Source of the DNA: Schmidtea polychroa
Taxonomy: Eukaryota
Direction: 5' to 3'
Assembly: GCA_044892525.1 (NCBI GenBank)
Contig: CM097885.1
Location: 71,796,001-71,860,000, forward strand
Length of the DNA stretch: 64,000 nt
Each line of letters begins with the position of its first letter. Positions within the stretch are counted from its first letter, which is position 1. Shown here in pieces: positions 59,116 to 64,000 of the stretch. The translations under genes were made by a program, and so were the position numbers. Below the pieces are notes generated by a model that had not been told where the DNA came from, did not search any database, and saw nothing but the letters and a program-made list of their open reading frames with translations.

Positions 59116-59255
59116 ACAAATGAAATTTTTATTATAAATAAAATAAATTATACAACTCCAATAACATATAGCATCTTTGATTTAAATAATGAAAAAATAT
59201 TAGGTAGATTTTATAATAATGAACTGCAGAAAACAGATTTTTAAGTCGACAAGCC

Positions 59256-60062
59256 CTAAAACAAACTTTTCCATATTTCAGCTTCTTCTCTATCCAAATA
59301 AATATAATTATATTTTTCTTTCCAATGATTATCAACAAACATATCAAACATATTCTTATCAGGTTCAACATTTGAAAATAAATCATTATAAATCATATTC
59401 TTATCACGGCGATCTAATTTAAAAAATATAAAACAATTGGAATTATTTCTTATTGAATTTTTATCTAAAGCATAATATGTTTGAGATATATAAATAACAT
59501 TACAATTATTATGTCGACCTCGTGTAAAGTAACTCTTTTGAATCTCTTGATTTTTCATATTAACAACATCATCAAATATAACTAGATTCTTTTTATCTTT
59601 AGGAAGTAAATCACAATGTAAAACATCTTCAGGTTTATTAGAGAATAAAACTTGAATTGCCTCCTGCCCTTCTTCACAAATATAATCATTTTTATTACTA
59701 ATATCTGATTCTAAAATCTTTTCCTTATACCAATCAACCATATCACAAGGTTGAAAAACTTCTTCAGGACACCTATGTTGATTTTTAAAAATATCAATTA
59801 TTGCTTTTTTAGTTAATTTATTTTCAAATCCACATTTCAAAAGTTGTAATTCTGGTTGATTTATGGTTTCAGAATAAAAGATTAAATTATTATAATCTAA
59901 AAAATCATCTTCAAGTAACATTCTCAAAACAAGTACATTCTTTCCACATCCAGAAGAACCAACAATTAATAATCTAAAATTATCAGGAAATACTTTATTA
60001 TTGAATTTACTCTTATGTCTATTTAAAATTGGTTTCCAAATTATTGGACTTCGTACATCCAT
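59256..60062 (-). CDS. A32/FtsK-like genome packaging ATPase
   Basis: Walker A GSSGCGKN, Walker B LVIFDD, FTRGRH and ISQ.Y...IR.N motifs. Confidence 0.92.
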   Translation of the reverse strand: MDVRSPIIWKPILNRHKSKFNNKVFPDNFRLLIVGSSGCGKNVLVLRMLLEDDFLDYNNLIFYSETINQPELQLLKCGFENKLTKKAIIDIFKNQHRCPEEVFQPCDMVDWYKEKILESDISNKNDYICEEGQEAIQVLFSNKPEDVLHCDLLPKDKKNLVIFDDVVNMKNQEIQKSYFTRGRHNNCNVIYISQTYYALDKNSIRNNSNCFIFFKLDRRDKNMIYNDLFSNVEPDKNMFDMFVDNHWKEKYNYIYLDREEAEIWKSLF

Positions 60063-60077
60063 TTTGTTTATTATAAA

Positions 60078-60686
60078 ATGACCTCAAAGAGTTCCTCTAC
60101 TGAAGAATCTTTGCAAGAATTAATAAATTCAAATAAAAGTAAATCAGTAGTAATTGATGGTAAAAAATATTTTATTGGAAAACATGTAAAAGAACAAGTT
60201 AGAGCGAAGCTCCACGAAGCTAAAGAAGGTGGCATTCTTCCATTAGCTGCTTTAATACCTGCAATCATTGCTGGTTTATCAGGTGCTGCTGGAATAGCTG
60301 GAGGAATTGCAACTACAGTTCAAAAAGCTAAAGAATCTCAAAAGACAGACCTAGAAAAAGAAAAACTACAAACTGAAATCGATTCAATGAAGAAGGTAGG
60401 GCAAGCTAAAGGGGGAGTGTCCGTTGGAAAGGGTCTCTATCTTAATCCATATGAGGGGAGTCGGCAAAAGTCTCAGGGCAAAGGTCTCTATCTTGATCCT
60501 TATAAAGGTAGAGGTTTAAATGATTTTTTAAAAAATCAAATTTCTACATCTGAATCTTTATCTTCAAAAGATAAAGAAGATTTAAAAAAAATATGTAAAT
60601 CTTTAAAGAATGGATGCCTTTGTAAAACTAAAAATGGTAAAGGATTATACTTGAAACCCTTTCCAACGGATCCTTTACCAAAATGA
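60078..60686 (+). CDS. Putative virion core precursor with an adenovirus pX-like hydrophobic segment and repeated GKG-LYL motifs
   Basis: GGILPLAALIPAIIAGLSGAAGIA resembles adenovirus pX GGILPLLIPLIAAAIGAVPGIA; three GKGLYL copies plus GRGL. Confidence 0.65.
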   Translation: MTSKSSSTEESLQELINSNKSKSVVIDGKKYFIGKHVKEQVRAKLHEAKEGGILPLAALIPAIIAGLSGAAGIAGGIATTVQKAKESQKTDLEKEKLQTEIDSMKKVGQAKGGVSVGKGLYLNPYEGSRQKSQGKGLYLDPYKGRGLNDFLKNQISTSESLSSKDKEDLKKICKSLKNGCLCKTKNGKGLYLKPFPTDPLPK

Positions 60687-60708
60687 TACCATTTTTAATA
60701 CCATAAAA

Positions 60709-61578
60709 ATGGTATATGAAGAAAGATTAGCACTTTTAAAAAAATTACAATCAGAACAAGATAAATATAATAAAAAAGATACAAGTCAACATGCTGAATC
60801 TATAATATTAAATGAGGTAATAACACAACAACAGGGGCCAACAATTAAAGCTATAAAAGGATTAAATGAGCAAGCAAAATTTAAAGAGTTAGAAGATGGA
60901 GGAAGTCCCCATGAACAAAAAATAAAAAAACTAGAGTGGAAGGAAGAATCCAGTGAAAGTCATCCTGAAAGAAATCAAAGAAAACGCAGAAGAATTTCTA
61001 ATGCGGAAGAAGAAGAAGAAATGTTTTTAAAAACAAAACCTCTTAAAGTTGATCCTAAAATTAGAGATGATTTACCTCCTTCAATTAGACCCACATTTAA
61101 TACTAATACTGAAGGATATCAAATAATAACAATTAATAAACAAAACTTTACTTTATATTCAAATTCAGAAAATAAATCACGTATTCATTCACAAAATGTT
61201 TATAATAATGAATATTTAGACTTTGAATTTACAGATGATTTTTATAGATTACTTTGTGGATATTCTTCAGATGATCTTGAAGAAATTAAAAAATATTTAA
61301 ATTTAATAAGATTAATAAGAGCTAGTTCTAAAGCAAAATATATTCAAGATTTAAAGAATTATTTAGATAAAAATGAAAAGGGTTATGTTGTTACAGAGGG
61401 AGAGGGATTAATTAGTGAAGGAAATCCCATCAATCTTTTTATTGAATTAAGAAAACTATTAGCTGCAAGGAAAGCAGGACATAATAATTTAGATTCTGAT
61501 ATTTTAAAGATTTCTAAAGATTTGTTAAAACAAGGAATAATTTCAAAAGATAAATTTAATAAGTATACGAAGTTATAA
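60709..61578 (+). CDS. Maverick-associated protein of unknown function, 289 aa
   Basis: Clean ORF in the viral gene block; C-terminal helical motif NP..L..LR.LLA...AGHN...I...L...GII, recalled from other Polinton ORFs, preceded by GEGL. Confidence 0.7.
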   Translation: MVYEERLALLKKLQSEQDKYNKKDTSQHAESIILNEVITQQQGPTIKAIKGLNEQAKFKELEDGGSPHEQKIKKLEWKEESSESHPERNQRKRRRISNAEEEEEMFLKTKPLKVDPKIRDDLPPSIRPTFNTNTEGYQIITINKQNFTLYSNSENKSRIHSQNVYNNEYLDFEFTDDFYRLLCGYSSDDLEEIKKYLNLIRLIRASSKAKYIQDLKNYLDKNEKGYVVTEGEGLISEGNPINLFIELRKLLAARKAGHNNLDSDILKISKDLLKQGIISKDKFNKYTKL

Positions 61579-61600
61579 ATACGAAGTTTTAAAATACAAA

Positions 61601-62053
61601 ATGACTCCTTCAATATTAGATTTTTTAAAAACATTTGGAATAAATGCAAAAACAAATTTTGATTTAAAAGATTATGCAAATTATTTAAATTTAAAAATTA
61701 AAATATTAATGAATGATGAATTATCAAGTCTGGAGAGTCCCCTGAATATAATAATCAATTATCAAAATTCAAATGAAAAAGGATCTCATTGGGTTTGTAT
61801 ATATAAGAAATCTATCTACTTTGATTCTTTTGGGATTAAACCTACTAAAGAAGTTGAAGATTATCTCTTGAGGGGTTCTCCGATTGATTCCCCAAATGGT
61901 TATACTTTTAACTCTTTACAAGTTCAACCTTTGAATACTAAAATATGTGGTATTTTAAGTTTATATGTTTTGTATAGATTGAATATGGGGCATACGCAGG
62001 ATTTTGAATCTATAATTCAAGAAATTTATAATGATCTAGAATCTCTACTATAA
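61601..62053 (+). CDS. Adenain-like cysteine protease
   Basis: GSHW, YFDSFG and Q.....CG give the H-D-C triad and oxyanion Gln. Confidence 0.92.
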   Translation: MTPSILDFLKTFGINAKTNFDLKDYANYLNLKIKILMNDELSSLESPLNIIINYQNSNEKGSHWVCIYKKSIYFDSFGIKPTKEVEDYLLRGSPIDSPNGYTFNSLQVQPLNTKICGILSLYVLYRLNMGHTQDFESIIQEIYNDLESLL

Positions 62054-62101
62054 GGATTTTTACTATAAGGATTTTTACTATATGAATTTACTACTAAAGA
62101 A

Positions 62102-62866
62102 ATGGAGCTTCACAACCCTCCGGAAGATAATTTAAAAAAAATGGTAAACATAATGTCAGATAAATATTCAAGAACTTTATCTATAAATTCAAAAGAATCA
62201 GAGTTTACTATAAACTTTCAAGATTCAATTAAATTAGATCAAAATTTAAATTATGAATTGGGGCTATTATGGTTTTGTGCTTATAATACTATTTTTAATA
62301 TAACTAAAGATAATAATAAATTTACTATTCAAACTCGTGATGGGCATAAACCAGAAATTATAACAATAGAACCTGGGGCATATGAGATAAAAGATTTAAA
62401 TGATATACTTTCTAAAAAAACAAATGAAGGAATTAAAATTAAAATGGATATACCAACTTCAAAATGTGTAATGACTTTGAAGAATATAAAAATTAGTTTT
62501 TTAGATAATTGTTTCTTTCACACAGTTTTAGGATTTAAACCTATGGATATAACAATAAAAGAAGATAAAATAATAACATCAGAACATATTATAAAAATAA
62601 TAAATACAAACACAATAAATATTCATTGCGATTGTATAACAGGTTCTTATAATAATGGTAAACAAACAAATGTTTTATATTCCTTTCCCTCAAACACAGT
62701 TCCTATGGGATATAAAATAGTTGAAAGAATGAATCCTCCAAATTATTTACCTTTATGTAGAAAATATATAATGGATATTAATTTTAAAATTCTTAATCAA
62801 GAAGGAGAATTGATTGATTTTAATGGAGAAGAGATTTCAATGTATTTACATTTGAAACAGGTTTAG
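62102..62866 (+). CDS. Minor capsid / penton protein (single jelly-roll, PX-like)
   Basis: F...I.L, YN.I.NI..NN.F, I.PGAYEI.D.N, I.I.CD.I.GSY.NG....LYSF, ID.NGE motifs typical of Polinton pentons. Confidence 0.85.
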   Translation: MELHNPPEDNLKKMVNIMSDKYSRTLSINSKESEFTINFQDSIKLDQNLNYELGLLWFCAYNTIFNITKDNNKFTIQTRDGHKPEIITIEPGAYEIKDLNDILSKKTNEGIKIKMDIPTSKCVMTLKNIKISFLDNCFFHTVLGFKPMDITIKEDKIITSEHIIKIINTNTINIHCDCITGSYNNGKQTNVLYSFPSNTVPMGYKIVERMNPPNYLPLCRKYIMDINFKILNQEGELIDFNGEEISMYLHLKQV

Positions 62867-62906
62867 TTCCTCTCAGGGGACTCCGTCCATTTTAAATTAT
62901 TAATAA

Positions 62907-63239
62907 ATGAGTTCTTATATTCCATGTAATAGAGGTGGTGGAACAATAAAAACAGGGTTTAATACAGAAGAAATATTAACTTTAACAGAAAATAAATATA
63001 TTAATGAAAGAGGTGATTCAATGAAGGGTGATTTAATTTTAAATGGACACAAGATAAAAGAATTATCTTTTCCAACTGATGAAGCTGATGCAGTTAATAA
63101 GAAATATGTTGATTTAACAACAACAAGAATTGAAAGTTCATTAACAACAAAAATGGAATCAAAGCTTAATAATATCGAACAACGATTTAATGATAAATTT
63201 GACAAGTTACAAAGTCTGTTAATCTCTAAAGATAAATAA
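62907..63239 (+). CDS. Small fibre-like protein with a phage-tail-fibre-type repeat and coiled coil
   Basis: GDSMKGDLILNGHKIKELSFPTDEADAVNKKYVD matches the recalled G..M.G.L.M....I..L..P....DA..K.YVD pattern. Confidence 0.6.
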   Translation: MSSYIPCNRGGGTIKTGFNTEEILTLTENKYINERGDSMKGDLILNGHKIKELSFPTDEADAVNKKYVDLTTTRIESSLTTKMESKLNNIEQRFNDKFDKLQSLLISKDK

Positions 63240-63242
63240 CTT

Positions 63243-63914
63243 ATGGATAAACAAATTATGGATAAACAACTTATGGATAAACAACTTATGGATAAACAAA
63301 TTATGGATAAACAACTTATGGATAATAAATTTAATGCAATATATAATATAATAAATGAGATGATTACATCATTTAATGCAAGACTTGTAAAATTAGAATC
63401 TCATACAACACACATTAACAGCATACACACCATTAGAAAAAGAGCTGCTGAATTAGAACAGAATAAAACATTATTAGCAAATACATATAAACATTTTATA
63501 GAACCAATTTTAATAACAACAAACAGTAAAGAATGGTCTTGTTACATGATTGTAAAGATTATTGATCCATATTTCTTTTTATTTAATGATGATGGTGAAA
63601 CAATGAAATGGTTTGTGAAATGTGATTATAATAGTAAGTTTGAAAAAGGTGATGTTATAATGACTAGTTATGATTTAACACGAGGGTTTTGGCATGATAA
63701 TACTCAAACAGGTAAAGCACACAAAGTTAGAAGTAAAACTATTGATTTTAAAAGCACACTTGTGCATTATATAGATTTAATATTTTATGAAAAAAAGGTT
63801 GATGTTGATGAAGTTCGTAAAGCATTATTCGAGTTGTATAAAGATGAGCTCACAACAAGATTTTTCTATGATATACGGGTGTTGGTAGCTGATAAAGTCT
63901 TGTTGAGAGTTTAG
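63243..63914 (+). CDS. Hypothetical viral protein with N-terminal MDKQ(I/L) repeats
   Basis: 223-aa ORF; five 15-bp repeats encode the pentapeptide; coiled-coil then beta-rich region. Confidence 0.65.
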   Translation: MDKQIMDKQLMDKQLMDKQIMDKQLMDNKFNAIYNIINEMITSFNARLVKLESHTTHINSIHTIRKRAAELEQNKTLLANTYKHFIEPILITTNSKEWSCYMIVKIIDPYFFLFNDDGETMKWFVKCDYNSKFEKGDVIMTSYDLTRGFWHDNTQTGKAHKVRSKTIDFKSTLVHYIDLIFYEKKVDVDEVRKALFELYKDELTTRFFYDIRVLVADKVLLRV

Positions 63915-63976
63915 GTTTTAATTATTCTTATTAGTTAAATTCTTATTAGTTAAATTCTTATTTTAGTTTTATTAAA

Positions 63977-64000
63977 ATGGATGAGGTTCAAAAGATGGAA
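63977..64000 (+). CDS. Probable start of the next Maverick ORF (MDEVQKME...), truncated by the window end
   Basis: AAAATG context like the other viral genes. Confidence 0.35.

Larger units (their letters stand above)
54617..64000 (+). mobile_element. Maverick/Polinton (adintovirus-like) endogenous virus, left part; continues beyond the window
   Basis: Intronless, tightly packed capsid, integrase, ATPase, protease and penton genes, most with AAAATG-type starts; AGTAGTGAGG-type terminal motifs at 54617, 55007 and (inverted) 55251. Left boundary is tentative. Confidence 0.93.

Noticed and set aside
62046-63970. CRISPR-like arrays
   Set aside because: The repeats are contiguous with no unique spacers, and the context is eukaryotic.
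56552-64000. Spliced-leader trans-splicing of a polycistronic viral transcript
   Set aside because: The short intergenic spacers examined lack clear polypyrimidine-AG acceptors before the ATGs.

Overview
AT-rich eukaryotic scaffold with several N gaps, dominated by transposable elements. The host is probably a flatworm (planarian-like), inferred from an NPF/NPY-type neuropeptide gene and a 28S rRNA fragment. From 1 to 54.6 kb there are hAT elements (one apparently intact), a structurally complete Ty3/Gypsy element with very short LTRs, and several Gypsy relics. This part also holds MITEs (hAT, piggyBac, pogo-like, Mutator/Merlin-like), MULE, piggyBac and Penelope fragments, a Maverick DNA-polymerase relic, two degenerate intronless host-gene copies (actin-like, RNF115/126-like) that share an upstream hairpin leader, and a 28S fragment boxed by inverted repeats. 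From about 54.6 kb to the end lies the left part of a Maverick/Polinton (adintovirus-like) endogenous virus. It encodes a major capsid protein, a zinc finger-PLA2-integrase fusion, a packaging ATPase, a pX-like core protein, an adenain-like protease, a penton and a fibre-like ORF. The most striking observation is a ~240-bp-period array of tRNA-like RNA polymerase III cassettes, plus other structured non-coding DNA, between the Maverick terminus and the capsid gene. All calls come from reading motifs by eye; no database search or folding program was run.
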